Source: a virus (taxonomy: Duplodnaviria; Caudoviricetes). From it: 32,061 nucleotides of DNA. Location of the stretch: the IMG/VR virus record IMGVR_UViG_3300033076_000088, positions 1 to 32,061 of that record. One strand, 5' to 3'. The translations under genes and the position numbers were made by a program. The first letter of the stretch is position 1. Every line of letters begins with the position of its first letter. Of the stretch, positions 10,588-19,244 are shown in pieces. The notes below the pieces were generated by a model, which worked only from the letters and a program-made list of their open reading frames with translations, ran no database searches and was not told the DNA's origin.

Positions 10588-11907
10588 ATGCCTGACTATC
10601 AATTCAACACAGACCTTGGCCCCAAAGCCCAACAAGGCACAAACATCGCTGACATGGTTAATCTAGCCCGTGGGGTGCAGGCTTACCAACAGGCTCAAGA
10701 ACTGAATCCTTTGGCTGTTCAAAAGGCTCAGATGGATATTGAGCAGGCCAAAAAGTTAAACCCCTTGGCTGTTGAAAAAGCCACCGCAGAAACAGGAACA
10801 GCCAAACTAGGATTAAGCTCTGCTCAAACAGAAAAGTTATATGGTTTGGCTGGCGGCGTGTTGAACGACCCACGACTGAAAAGCAAAAATTCTAGCGATG
10901 TGATGGGCGCTTTATATGAAGCAAGACAACGTGCTTCTACTTTTGGTTTACCACAAGAAACTGTGGATGGTGTTTTTAATCCATTGTTTCAAGTTGCCAA
11001 AGATCGACCTGATGCTGTTCGTCAATCAATCAATAACATTGTTGAAACTCAAATCTCTCCAGAAAGCAAAAAAGCCTTGCAGATTGGCGGGACTGTTGAA
11101 ATCAATGGTGTCAAATACCAATACGCCCCCGCTTCTGGCAAACTTGAAGAAATTGGTGGTGGAGTTAAGCCTGTTACACAAGAAACTAAACCCTCTGAAA
11201 AACCATCAGCAGCGCCACAAGAAGTTAAATCTAGCGGTTTGGTTCAGATTGATATGCCACTTAAAGGCATACAAATGAACACTCAGCAATCAGAGCGTTA
11301 TGCTTTAGGTCAAAAAGACTTTACAAATGCTGACGAACGCCAAAAGATTGCAAAAGACAGCGCATTGGCGGCTCAACAGATCAAGCGTTCTTTGAAAGAA
11401 GCCGCAGGTAGCAAGCCTGGTCAAATCATTCGTCAAGCTGGCAAAACTTTCTTTGGCAATGCTGAATTGGACACTTTGGTTAAAAACTTGGCTGAACAAC
11501 AAATTCGTCAAGCAAAACTTATGGGCGTAAGTTCTGTAAACGCAGAAAACGATTTGAAAGCTGCTAATGGTAGTGAAAACATTACCGCAGAGGCTTTGGC
11601 TCACATTGTTGATCGTTCCGAGGCAATGAACTTGGCTGCTGAAAAATACAATCAAGCATTGACCAAAATGCAAGAAAAGTATGGCAAGCAAAACGCTTAC
11701 ATTCATAACGACAACTTCCAACGTGCTTGGGCTAACAACTATGACCCTGTGGCGTTCTTGATTCAAAACATTAATGCTTCTAACATTCCTAAAAAGGAAA
11801 AAGACAAAGCAATTGATTACTACACAGAAGGTTTAAGCCAAAAACAATTAAACGAATTGGCGACAAAAATGAGAAACTTGAAACGCTTAGAACGTGGAGA
11901 TTTCTAA
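10588..11907 (+). CDS. Putative DNA ejection protein (439 aa)
   Basis: Helical Q/K/A-rich protein in the position of P22 gp20; synteny only. Confidence 0.55.
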   Translation: MPDYQFNTDLGPKAQQGTNIADMVNLARGVQAYQQAQELNPLAVQKAQMDIEQAKKLNPLAVEKATAETGTAKLGLSSAQTEKLYGLAGGVLNDPRLKSKNSSDVMGALYEARQRASTFGLPQETVDGVFNPLFQVAKDRPDAVRQSINNIVETQISPESKKALQIGGTVEINGVKYQYAPASGKLEEIGGGVKPVTQETKPSEKPSAAPQEVKSSGLVQIDMPLKGIQMNTQQSERYALGQKDFTNADERQKIAKDSALAAQQIKRSLKEAAGSKPGQIIRQAGKTFFGNAELDTLVKNLAEQQIRQAKLMGVSSVNAENDLKAANGSENITAEALAHIVDRSEAMNLAAEKYNQALTKMQEKYGKQNAYIHNDNFQRAWANNYDPVAFLIQNINASNIPKKEKDKAIDYYTEGLSQKQLNELATKMRNLKRLERGDF

Positions 11908-13941
11908 ATGGCAGACCCTTACGACTTAGACCCAGATGTTGCGGTTTTGCGCCGCAAAGCTAATGTTTCTGCAATTCCCACCAAAAAAAGCCCATTTGCC
12001 AATAAGAATCCACAGCTTCAGCCAGATGCAGAGTATGACTATGAATCAGACCCTGATGTTGCCATTCTTACCAATCGTGTTGCAAAAGACCCAGAGCAAA
12101 AAACTGAAACTGGTTTTTTACCATCTTGGTTAAGAACTGGTTTAGAAACTGGTTTGGGCGTTGCCTCTGGGATTGCTACCCCGATTGCTGGCGGCATCTA
12201 CGGTATCGCCAAAAGTATTCCTGAAGCCATTAAAACTGGTCAAGCGCCAGCCCCAATTGCTCAACGCTATGCCGAGCAGTTTATTAAGCAACGCCCTGGT
12301 TTTACCGTCACAGACCCACAAGCACAAGCCAACTTAGAGGCTGTGCAACAAGCGTTTGAGGCTTCTAAATTGCCCCCTGTGTTTCCAGAAGCGCAAGGAT
12401 TGGGCGTTAAACCTGCTGAAGTTTTAACCAACAAAATTCCATTAAAAACAGCCGCAAATGCACAAGATGCTTTGACGCAACAATTTGCCCAAAAGGTTTC
12501 TCAAGGAACTCAATCTGCTAAAGATTTGGTGTCACGCAACAAAGTTTCTATGCGTGTTGAGCCTACTGGTCAAAGTGCTGGTGCGGCTGCGGCTGTGCCT
12601 GAAAATGTATTGCGTGGCAACATTGATGCGGCTATTGCTAACGCCTCACCTGATTTGCAAGCTCATATTAGTCAAGTTCCACCGCAAAAAGTAAATGTTC
12701 CCGCTTTGGAAACTAGAGCGTTGGAAGAAAAGCATGGTGTTAATCTTTTGACTAGCCAACGAACTGGCGACCTTCAAGGTTACACAGAGGCTTGGAATCA
12801 ACGTGCCAAAAATGGTTTGGTTAGCGACTTTGAGCAACAGCCAAAACAACTTGCAAACGCTTTTGAAATGTCAAAACAGCGCCATGCGCCTGACATTCCA
12901 TCAACCGCTGATGCTTCTGAGTTGGGTCAAATCACAATCAATTCTTTGGCAGAAAAAGACAAAGTTCGTCAGCAAGCAATTAGCAACGCTTACAAGGCTT
13001 TGGAAGATGCCAATGGCGGTCAGTTCCCAATTGACACAGGCAAACTCAAACAAAACATTGATGCTGAGTTGACTAGAAAATACAAGTCAAGATATTTGTC
13101 TGAAGGCATTGCTGGTGACTTAAATCAATTCCTAGAAAACCCAACTTTTGAAGGTTTTGAGGCTTTACGCACTAACTTGGCAGACGAAATGCGTAATGCC
13201 AAAGATGGCAAGACCAGACAAGCCGCCTATATTGTTCGTGATGAACTAGAAAAGTTGCCTATTTTTGGCGAAGGTACTGGCGACCCAAGGGCTATTCAAC
13301 TCAAAGAGTTGGCAGACAACGCTAGACAGTTACACGCACAACGCAAGAGAATCATTGAAAACAACCCCGCATACAAAGCGGCAATCAAAGAATCTGCCAA
13401 TTTGGATGATGTTGTGGCGCAAGGCGAAAGTCTTAATGCTGACAAATTCCATCAGAAGTTTATTGCCAACGCAAGCCCTGAAGCAATTAGACGCATGAAA
13501 GCTGAAATTGGTTCTGACAACTTGGCTAACCAAGCAATTGCATTTGCTGAACTTGAACGGGCAAAACGTGCAATTACCAACGCAAATGAAACCCGTGTCA
13601 AGTCAGATACTTTTGCAGATTTCTTGAGAAAAAATAAGTCTGTATTAAAAGAATCTTTGCCGCCAGAAGCTATGCAAGATGTGATGGAAATTGGTTTGTT
13701 AAACAGCAAAATTGGCAAGCCTGAAGCTGGTGCGTTTAACTATTCAAACACATGGTCTAGCATGATGGCAGACATGGCTAAACAAGGTCTTTTGGGTCTT
13801 GGTGAAGCTAAACTTGCGGCAGCCACTAGCGGGGCATCCATCCCTGCGGTTGGTGGTATGAAAATGATGTTTGAGAAAATGAACAAGGATGCTTTTGCTA
13901 ATAGCCAAAGGAATCCTTACGGCGGCTTAACTAAGGACTAA
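11908..13941 (+). CDS. Putative large DNA ejection protein (677 aa)
   Basis: Helical protein in the position of P22 gp16; no catalytic motif recognised. Confidence 0.55.
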   Translation: MADPYDLDPDVAVLRRKANVSAIPTKKSPFANKNPQLQPDAEYDYESDPDVAILTNRVAKDPEQKTETGFLPSWLRTGLETGLGVASGIATPIAGGIYGIAKSIPEAIKTGQAPAPIAQRYAEQFIKQRPGFTVTDPQAQANLEAVQQAFEASKLPPVFPEAQGLGVKPAEVLTNKIPLKTAANAQDALTQQFAQKVSQGTQSAKDLVSRNKVSMRVEPTGQSAGAAAAVPENVLRGNIDAAIANASPDLQAHISQVPPQKVNVPALETRALEEKHGVNLLTSQRTGDLQGYTEAWNQRAKNGLVSDFEQQPKQLANAFEMSKQRHAPDIPSTADASELGQITINSLAEKDKVRQQAISNAYKALEDANGGQFPIDTGKLKQNIDAELTRKYKSRYLSEGIAGDLNQFLENPTFEGFEALRTNLADEMRNAKDGKTRQAAYIVRDELEKLPIFGEGTGDPRAIQLKELADNARQLHAQRKRIIENNPAYKAAIKESANLDDVVAQGESLNADKFHQKFIANASPEAIRRMKAEIGSDNLANQAIAFAELERAKRAITNANETRVKSDTFADFLRKNKSVLKESLPPEAMQDVMEIGLLNSKIGKPEAGAFNYSNTWSSMMADMAKQGLLGLGEAKLAAATSGASIPAVGGMKMMFEKMNKDAFANSQRNPYGGLTKD

Positions 13942-13943
13942 AA

Positions 13944-14486
13944 ATGAGCGTCAATCTTTCCCCCATCGGTAACGGCTTTCAGTTCTTTACCACCACAGGC
14001 TTGCCACTTGCAGGCGGTTTCCTCTACACCTATCAAGCAGGGTCAACAACCCCCGCAACGACCTACACCGATAGCGCAGGGACTATCCCCAACACCAACC
14101 CAATTCAATTGGGTACTGATGGCCGCCCACCACAAGAGATTTGGTTAACCGCTGGTTCAACCTATAAGTTTGTGCTTGCCGATTCTGCTAACGTGGTGAT
14201 TCAGACCTATGACAACCTTTATGGAATTATTGGCACAAGCCCATCGGTCAGCGCAGTTCCTGCTGGCGGCATTATTATGTGGAGTGGCTCAATTGCTAGC
14301 ATCCCTTCTGGATATGTCATTTGTGATGGCACGAACGGCACTCCTGATTTGCGTGATCGCTTTGTTGTGGGTTCTGGCAACACCTATGCTGTGGGTAATA
14401 CTGGCGGTTTTACTTCTTCTGTGACCTCAAACATCGGTACAAACCTGCCGCTTTACTATTCTTTGGCTTTCATTCAGAAAACCTAA
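13944..14486 (+). CDS. Short tailspike-anchor / tail collar protein
   Basis: N-terminal QFF...G.PL.GG.LYTY.AG.TTP..TY.D......NPI.L..DGR head-binding-like domain, then the collar motif P.GGIIMWSG....IPSGY..CDG.NGTPDLRDRF. Confidence 0.75.
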   Translation: MSVNLSPIGNGFQFFTTTGLPLAGGFLYTYQAGSTTPATTYTDSAGTIPNTNPIQLGTDGRPPQEIWLTAGSTYKFVLADSANVVIQTYDNLYGIIGTSPSVSAVPAGGIIMWSGSIASIPSGYVICDGTNGTPDLRDRFVVGSGNTYAVGNTGGFTSSVTSNIGTNLPLYYSLAFIQKT

Positions 14487-14487
14487 C

Positions 14488-14682
14488 ATGGAAAGCGTGG
14501 AGACTAAATTGGCTGTTCACGAAGCCATCTGTGCCGAGCGTTACCACAGAATCAACAGTTCTTTGGATGACGGGTCTAAGCGCATGACCAAGATTGAGTA
14601 TCTGCTTTATGCGGTAATGATTGCGGTGTTGCTTGGCCCTGGCGTGGCTGCCGAGTTCGTCAAGAAACTATTGGGGTTGTGA
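14488..14682 (+). CDS. Small membrane protein of the lysis region
   Basis: HEAICAERY coiled segment followed by one hydrophobic helix (YLLYAVMIAVLLG). Confidence 0.6.
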   Translation: MESVETKLAVHEAICAERYHRINSSLDDGSKRMTKIEYLLYAVMIAVLLGPGVAAEFVKKLLGL

Positions 14683-14683
14683 T

Positions 14684-15511
14684 ATTGACCCGATTTCCGC
14701 AATGCTCATGTTGGGTAGCGCCCTCAAGGGAATTCGTTCCTGTTGTGAGATGCTCAACGAAGGCAAAGCGGAGATTCAACGCATAAAGAAGGGGGTAGCC
14801 GATGCCAAGGAAATTGTTAAGGAAGTCTCTGGATTCTTTGGTTGGGTTAAAAGTTTGTTTAGTGGAGTGCAAAGCAAATCTCAGACTCCACAAGCAAATT
14901 TGAAGAGTTTGCAGACTACACAAAAGAAAGACGAATATGTTGACTACATTCCTGACGAAGATGCGATTGTTGACCAGTTCATTAAGCACGTTGGCGACTT
15001 CTTTAAGGCGCAGGCTTACCTCATTGCTTACAAAGAAGATTTAGAGCGCAAGGTCTTTAGTTCGTCACATGGCGACAATAACATTGGGGCTTTGGAGTTG
15101 ATTTCCATTGAAACCAAGTTGGTCAAGTGTGGGACTGAACTGCGGGAGTTGATGAACGAAGCGCCAGCCCAACTAGGGCCGCTTTACAGTCGCTACAAGG
15201 CGATGCACTCAAAGATTCTTGATGAGCAAAGGAAGGCTAGGGAAAGGGACAGGAAGAACGAACGGCAAAGGCGTATAGACCAGATCAAGACCGAGAATGA
15301 CAGGGTTGATCGCTGTGTTCCACATTGGGTTACGCTTGGGCTGATTATTGTTTTCTGGGTGTTTATATGGCTAATATCTCTGAGTATGACGCAAAAATCT
15401 ACTTTTGGGGCATGGTCTTATTTGCCACAGTCAGCTTCATTGCACTCCCTGCCGTTGCCTTTATCTATCTTGAGAATCGAATCATCAACGAACAGACCAA
15501 GATTGCTTTGA
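14684..15511 (+). CDS. Coiled-coil protein with a C-terminal transmembrane helix; start uncertain (ATT 14684 or ATG 14702)
   Basis: IDPISA N-terminus begins 1 nt after the upstream stop; charged coiled coil; TM segment WVTLGLIIVFWVFIWLI. Confidence 0.6.
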   Translation: MDPISAMLMLGSALKGIRSCCEMLNEGKAEIQRIKKGVADAKEIVKEVSGFFGWVKSLFSGVQSKSQTPQANLKSLQTTQKKDEYVDYIPDEDAIVDQFIKHVGDFFKAQAYLIAYKEDLERKVFSSSHGDNNIGALELISIETKLVKCGTELRELMNEAPAQLGPLYSRYKAMHSKILDEQRKARERDRKNERQRRIDQIKTENDRVDRCVPHWVTLGLIIVFWVFIWLISLSMTQKSTFGAWSYLPQSASLHSLPLPLSILRIESSTNRPRLL

Positions 15512-15561
15512 AGAAAATCGAGAAACTTGAGCGTAAGCTAACCAAAGAAAAGGAAGAATGA
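15367..15561 (+). CDS. Small single-TM protein overlapping the 3' end of the upstream gene (64 aa)
   Basis: MANISEYDAKIYFWGMVLFATVSFIALPAVAFIY plus a basic coiled coil; its stop overlaps the next ATG (ATGA) after AAGGA. Confidence 0.6.
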   Translation: MANISEYDAKIYFWGMVLFATVSFIALPAVAFIYLENRIINEQTKIALKKIEKLERKLTKEKEE

Positions 15562-16040
15562 TGTTGCCAATAGTCGCCTCAATCGTAGCCAACCTGATTG
15601 ATAACGGGATGCACAAGGTTGCTGACCAAGTAATTGAGAAGGGCGTAGATGCCGTTCAGGAAAAGTTGGGCATGGAACTCAAACCCCAAGGCGAGGCAAC
15701 GCCTGAATACAACGCCCAATTGTCGGCAGAGGCAATGAAGCATCAAGAGTTCATGGCCGAATTGGATGAGAAGTCCACCCAACGGGCTACGGATATGTAT
15801 ATGGCAGACGAAGGCACAAGAAAGTTCAGCCAACACTACGCCTGGTTCATAACTGTGGTTTCCTTTGCTTACTTCTTTATCGTTTCCTTTGCCCCTGTGG
15901 AAAACCGCAATCGGGACTTCATTAACATTATTTTGGGGTTCTTGATCGGTACTGCGGTTAACTCGCTGATTCGCTTCTTTTACGGTTCTTCCAACAAGTC
16001 TCAAGAAGCTGTTGACCAAAAGCAGAAGGAACAGCAATGA
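15558..16040 (+). CDS. Putative holin
   Basis: Two C-terminal hydrophobic helices ending in FFYGSS; immediately upstream of the endolysin. Confidence 0.6.
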   Translation: MMLPIVASIVANLIDNGMHKVADQVIEKGVDAVQEKLGMELKPQGEATPEYNAQLSAEAMKHQEFMAELDEKSTQRATDMYMADEGTRKFSQHYAWFITVVSFAYFFIVSFAPVENRNRDFINIILGFLIGTAVNSLIRFFYGSSNKSQEAVDQKQKEQQ

Positions 16041-16684
16041 CGCCAGAGAGAAAACACCTTGTCGCTGCGGGAGTGAAAGACCCTGACAAATGGCTAGATG
16101 CCGTGGTTCAAACCTGCGCTGAGTTTGAGATAAACACGCCTGAGAGGGTTGCCGCCTTCATTGCCCAGACCGCCCATGAATCTGGTGGTTACACGATGTT
16201 GTCTGAGAATCTGAATTACAAAGCGGCGACATTGGCGGCTTGCTGGCCTAACCGATTTGCAGTCTTGGGTGCTGACAAGAAACCGATTAAAGAGAACGGC
16301 AAGATGGTTCCCACCGCTGTGGCTAACGCTATTGCTGGTAAGCCTGAAATCATCGCCAATATGGTCTATGCCAACCGCATGGGTAACGGAACGACAGAAT
16401 CTGGTGAGGGGTGGAAATACCGTGGCCGAGGATTGAAGCAGCTTACTGGAAAGGATAACTATGCAAGATGTGGTGCGGCGCTTGGTGTTGATCTTGTTTT
16501 ACAGCCTGATCTTCTTCTTGAACCTTTGGCTGCTGCCCGAAGCGCTGGATGGTTTTGGAAAGCTAATAACCTTTCTTCTTTCGCTGATGTAGAAGATATA
16601 AAGGGCATGACAAAAAAGATAAATGGCGGGTTCATTGGGCTTGAACAACGCCAAAAACTCTACGATAAAGTCAAATCAGTCTAA
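16037..16684 (+). CDS. Endolysin, glycoside hydrolase family 19 (chitinase-like)
   Basis: AAFIAQTAHESGG, ENLNY, YANRMGNG, YRGRGLKQLTGKDNY, SAGWFW and TKKINGG motifs. Confidence 0.92.
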   Translation: MTPERKHLVAAGVKDPDKWLDAVVQTCAEFEINTPERVAAFIAQTAHESGGYTMLSENLNYKAATLAACWPNRFAVLGADKKPIKENGKMVPTAVANAIAGKPEIIANMVYANRMGNGTTESGEGWKYRGRGLKQLTGKDNYARCGAALGVDLVLQPDLLLEPLAAARSAGWFWKANNLSSFADVEDIKGMTKKINGGFIGLEQRQKLYDKVKSV

Positions 16685-16774
16685 AGACTTCAGCACCATA
16701 AAGACGATAAACGCAATCACCCCAATGGCTGCGCCTAAGATCAATATGGTGCTTAACATGAGAATGTTGCTCAT
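16676..16774 (-). CDS. 32-aa single-TM microprotein
   Basis: Hand translation MSNILMLSTILILGAAIGVIAFIVFMVLKSLD; ATGA-coupled to the upstream gene; not in the ORF track. Confidence 0.5.
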   Translation of the reverse strand: MSNILMLSTILILGAAIGVIAFIVFMVLKSLD

Positions 16775-16974
16775 CGCTTCATATTCCTAACAAACACCGC
16801 AAAGCTGGCGGCTGTGTCGCCAAACACGGTCATTTTCTCAAACTCTTGGGCGACTTCCTCAAGGACTAGATTGCGGTAAGGGTCTAGACCTTTGGTTTGC
16901 TCAATGTGCTGTTTTCTCCAACCCATTGCGGCTTCCCGTTCTATACGGGCAAACTCATCATCCTCATCTGTCAT
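16771..16974 (-). CDS. Hypothetical protein (67 aa)
   Basis: MTDEDDEFARIERE...RNLVLEEVAQEFEKM..FGDTAASFAVFVRNMK; GGAG upstream and ATGA coupling. Confidence 0.65.
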   Translation of the reverse strand: MTDEDDEFARIEREAAMGWRKQHIEQTKGLDPYRNLVLEEVAQEFEKMTVFGDTAASFAVFVRNMKR

Positions 16975-17117
16975 TTCTTTTCTCCAAGAATTTTTGCCCA
17001 GTCTACCTTTTGTTTGGCTGCCCATTTCTCAAAGTTCTTGTCTATAACTTCAGGTAGGGCTTTCTTCTTTTCTGGTGGTTTATACCAAGGCGCATTAGGG
17101 GCTAGAACTGTTTTCAT
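16971..17117 (-). CDS. Hypothetical protein (48 aa)
   Basis: Hand translation MKTVLAPNAPWYKPPEKKKALPEVIDKNFEKWAAKQKVDWAKILGEKK; AAGGAG SD and ATGA overlaps at both ends. Confidence 0.6.
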   Translation of the reverse strand: MKTVLAPNAPWYKPPEKKKALPEVIDKNFEKWAAKQKVDWAKILGEKK

Positions 17118-17374
17118 GTGTTCTTCTCCTTGAGTTTGGCTTCTGTGTTTTTGATGAACTCACCCATAGTCACCGAAGTGCCGATGATTTCTTGCATATC
17201 ACCATCCGTCAGGCCAACCCATGTTCGTTGTTGGTCTGGAATTAGTGCAAGAGCTTCATGCAAAGCCTTCATCTTCCGCATATAGCCCTCCGACATCCGG
17301 CACACATACTCATCGCCTTCGCGTATCCAACGCAAATAACCGTTTGGAAAAGAAATTTCTTCGTAAGGCATCAT
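17114..17374 (-). CDS. Modular accessory protein
   Basis: Ends in QRTWVGLTD...EAKLKEKNT, shared with the neighbouring gene. Confidence 0.65.
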   Translation of the reverse strand: MMPYEEISFPNGYLRWIREGDEYVCRMSEGYMRKMKALHEALALIPDQQRTWVGLTDGDMQEIIGTSVTMGEFIKNTEAKLKEKNT

Positions 17375-17493
17375 GCGTTCTTCTCCTTGAGTTTGGCTTC
17401 GATTTCTTTATGGATTTGCTCTACTTTGTTACTTGGCAACCAATGCCGCTGACCAATCTCAAAATATTCCTCATCCGTCAGCCCAACCCATGT
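17114..17493. repeat. Two pairs of near-identical direct repeats at the 3' ends of adjacent genes
   Basis: 30 bp at 17114-17143 vs 17371-17400 (1 mismatch); 22 bp at 17203-17224 vs 17472-17493 (1 mismatch). Confidence 0.9.
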
Positions 17494-17694
17494 GCGCTGT
17501 GGTTGCGTAACTATTCCAAGAACGTGACGTAATGCAGATGCTTCGTGCTTGTCAAAACTGTTTTGGTTTTCTTTTGCTTCAAGGTGTTGCAAACGTCTTT
17601 CCAATGGCTTTGTGTAATGTTTCCACGCAAGCGGCGCTTGTTTTGGTTCACACTCACCAATACAATTTGTTTTTGCACATAAATGGCAAGTCAT
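17371..17694 (-). CDS. Modular accessory protein with a Cys-rich N-terminus
   Basis: CHLC...C...C at the start; ends in QRTWVGLTD...EAKLKEKNA; AAGGAG SD. Confidence 0.65.
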   Translation of the reverse strand: MTCHLCAKTNCIGECEPKQAPLAWKHYTKPLERRLQHLEAKENQNSFDKHEASALRHVLGIVTQPQRTWVGLTDEEYFEIGQRHWLPSNKVEQIHKEIEAKLKEKNA

Positions 17695-17697
17695 GTC

Positions 17698-17991
17698 TTA
17701 CTCCTTAATGCCTGGCTTTTTGGTTAAACCTCGAATTGTCTGTGCAGTTTCTTTCAAGAACGAACGGTGCAGAGACACATATTCGTCAGCAACATCATCA
17801 AGACTGCGCTCAATGCGGTATGCGTAATACGATGGCTCACCAATAGGCTCCTGCTCTGGTTGTGCCAAGGCTTCTTTGACGGCAGCGGTGGCTTGGCAAA
17901 TCAGGCAATTACAGCCAAAGTCACCTTCTGGCTCTGTCAAATATCCAGCGTAATCCAACGCCTCAAGCGCCAGCTTCAATGCTTCTTTCAT
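17698..17991 (-). CDS. Modular accessory protein (97 aa)
   Basis: MKEALKLALEAL...AVKEALAQPEQEP module; GGAGA SD before ATG 17991. Confidence 0.65.
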   Translation of the reverse strand: MKEALKLALEALDYAGYLTEPEGDFGCNCLICQATAAVKEALAQPEQEPIGEPSYYAYRIERSLDDVADEYVSLHRSFLKETAQTIRGLTKKPGIKE

Positions 17992-17992
17992 G

Positions 17993-18064
17993 TCATCTCC
18001 AAAAGATGTAATCACAGAAAGCGGCAAACGCCACGATAAACAACAGAACTTCAAAGTCGTTCAT
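17993..18064 (-). CDS. 23-aa hydrophobic microprotein
   Basis: MNDFEVLLFIVAFAAFCDYIFWR; ATGA-coupled to the upstream gene and fills the gap exactly. Confidence 0.45.
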   Translation of the reverse strand: MNDFEVLLFIVAFAAFCDYIFWR

Positions 18065-18318
18065 TTCGTGCCCCTCAACTCGAAAAGTCCTTGGTGTTGG
18101 GGATAAGTTTTCATAAACTTTCGTGCCAAATATGGTGTTGCATGATCGTTCAGTTTCCATTCTCCGACCTCTGTAATGGCTGTGTGGTGGCGTAAGAACT
18201 CAACTATGGTTCTTGCTGAATAGTGCTTGTAACCTCTTTCTATGACCAAAAACGCTTGTTTTTCAAACGCTTCCCAAACGTGGTTATTGGACTTAATCCA
18301 TTCGTCAAAGTTAAACAT
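18061..18318 (-). CDS. Phage hypothetical protein (85 aa)
   Basis: Strong SD AGGAG; HYSARTIVEFLRHH...KLND...PYLARKF...GLFELR. Confidence 0.7.
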   Translation of the reverse strand: MFNFDEWIKSNNHVWEAFEKQAFLVIERGYKHYSARTIVEFLRHHTAITEVGEWKLNDHATPYLARKFMKTYPQHQGLFELRGTK

Positions 18319-18334
18319 CTAATTACTCCTAAAA

Positions 18335-18388
18335 GGGTGGGGCTACGGCGCAATTGGTAGACGGCAGAATTGCCTGCGCTTTCACCCC
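18335..18388 (-). other. Intergenic GC-rich stem-loop element
   Basis: GGGG/CCCC outer stem (18339-18342 with 18385-18388) and perfect GCAATT/AATTGC inner stem (18350-18355 with 18368-18373). Confidence 0.55.
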
Positions 18389-18393
18389 GTTAA

Positions 18394-18612
18394 TCAAAAT
18401 TCCATGTCGTGTGATGGCTCTTTTTCGCGTGGCTCATTGAGGTAAGCCCACCCTGACCAACCACCATCGATGACGGGGATGTTGTCTACCTTTAGCATAA
18501 GCCCATTCTTGGTTTCAATCACAGAACCGATGCGGTAATACTTGGTTTTTTCCACCCCATCTTTCATGTACTTGCCACCTGTGACGGTGACTTCATATTT
18601 GAATTTACTCAT
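18394..18612 (-). CDS. Putative small single-stranded DNA-binding protein
   Basis: Beta-rich aromatic/basic core with an acidic tail ending in Phe (HDMEF); follows the exonuclease and ERF. Confidence 0.5.
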   Translation of the reverse strand: MSKFKYEVTVTGGKYMKDGVEKTKYYRIGSVIETKNGLMLKVDNIPVIDGGWSGWAYLNEPREKEPSHDMEF

Positions 18613-19244
18613 AGTTTGCCTTTCAAGTCATTGAGTTTATTAAGTTTAATTTCCAGTTCACGCAAGAATTTCATTACCTCATCTTCCAACATCTTGATGT
18701 AGTCAGAATCCCGTTGTATGCGTACAACAAACAGTTTCAGACCATCATCAACCCTTGGGTCAAAGCTAACAAAATCGCACCATTTCCTGCTTGTGCAGGC
18801 CATCTGCCATTGGACTTGGGGAATGTATTTAGAAGGCATTTCACCTTTGAGAAGCGTGTCAAAGTGCGTGGCTGTGTTGGGACATTTAATCTCTAACACT
18901 CCATCATCACCCACCAACCCATCTGGTGACGCACCAGAGCGCTGAACATAAGGATGGTCAATCAGCCCTACCTCATCAACCAAAACATCCTTGGCGGCTT
19001 CGTAGGCGGCTCTGGCAAACCCCTCATTAGCAGTTCCCCATTCCATTGCTGCGTTGGTAAAGGATTCAGCCTGGGTGTTGGTCATGCGTTCGCAGATTAA
19101 CTGCGCCATGTAGTTCTCACGGCTAGTGGAATAGCCTTTTTTTGTCTTGGCAATAACGTCAGCAACTCGGCTAGCGGTTACCTTACCAAGACGGGCGGCA
19201 AACCACTCGGGACTGCGTTGGTCAACAAATTGTGCGTCAGTCAT
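18609..19244 (-). CDS. YqaJ / lambda-exonuclease family 5'-3' exonuclease
   Basis: QRSPEWFAARLGKVTAS, AMEWG...E..AR, GASPDG, LEIKCP, QVQWQM and DFVSFDPR motifs. Confidence 0.93.
   Translation of the reverse strand: MTDAQFVDQRSPEWFAARLGKVTASRVADVIAKTKKGYSTSRENYMAQLICERMTNTQAESFTNAAMEWGTANEGFARAAYEAAKDVLVDEVGLIDHPYVQRSGASPDGLVGDDGVLEIKCPNTATHFDTLLKGEMPSKYIPQVQWQMACTSRKWCDFVSFDPRVDDGLKLFVVRIQRDSDYIKMLEDEVMKFLRELEIKLNKLNDLKGKL

Noticed and set aside
17698-18054. Track start at 18054 for the 118-aa ORF
   Set aside because: A better SD and ATG lie at 17991, and the upstream part is occupied by a coupled 23-aa ORF in another frame
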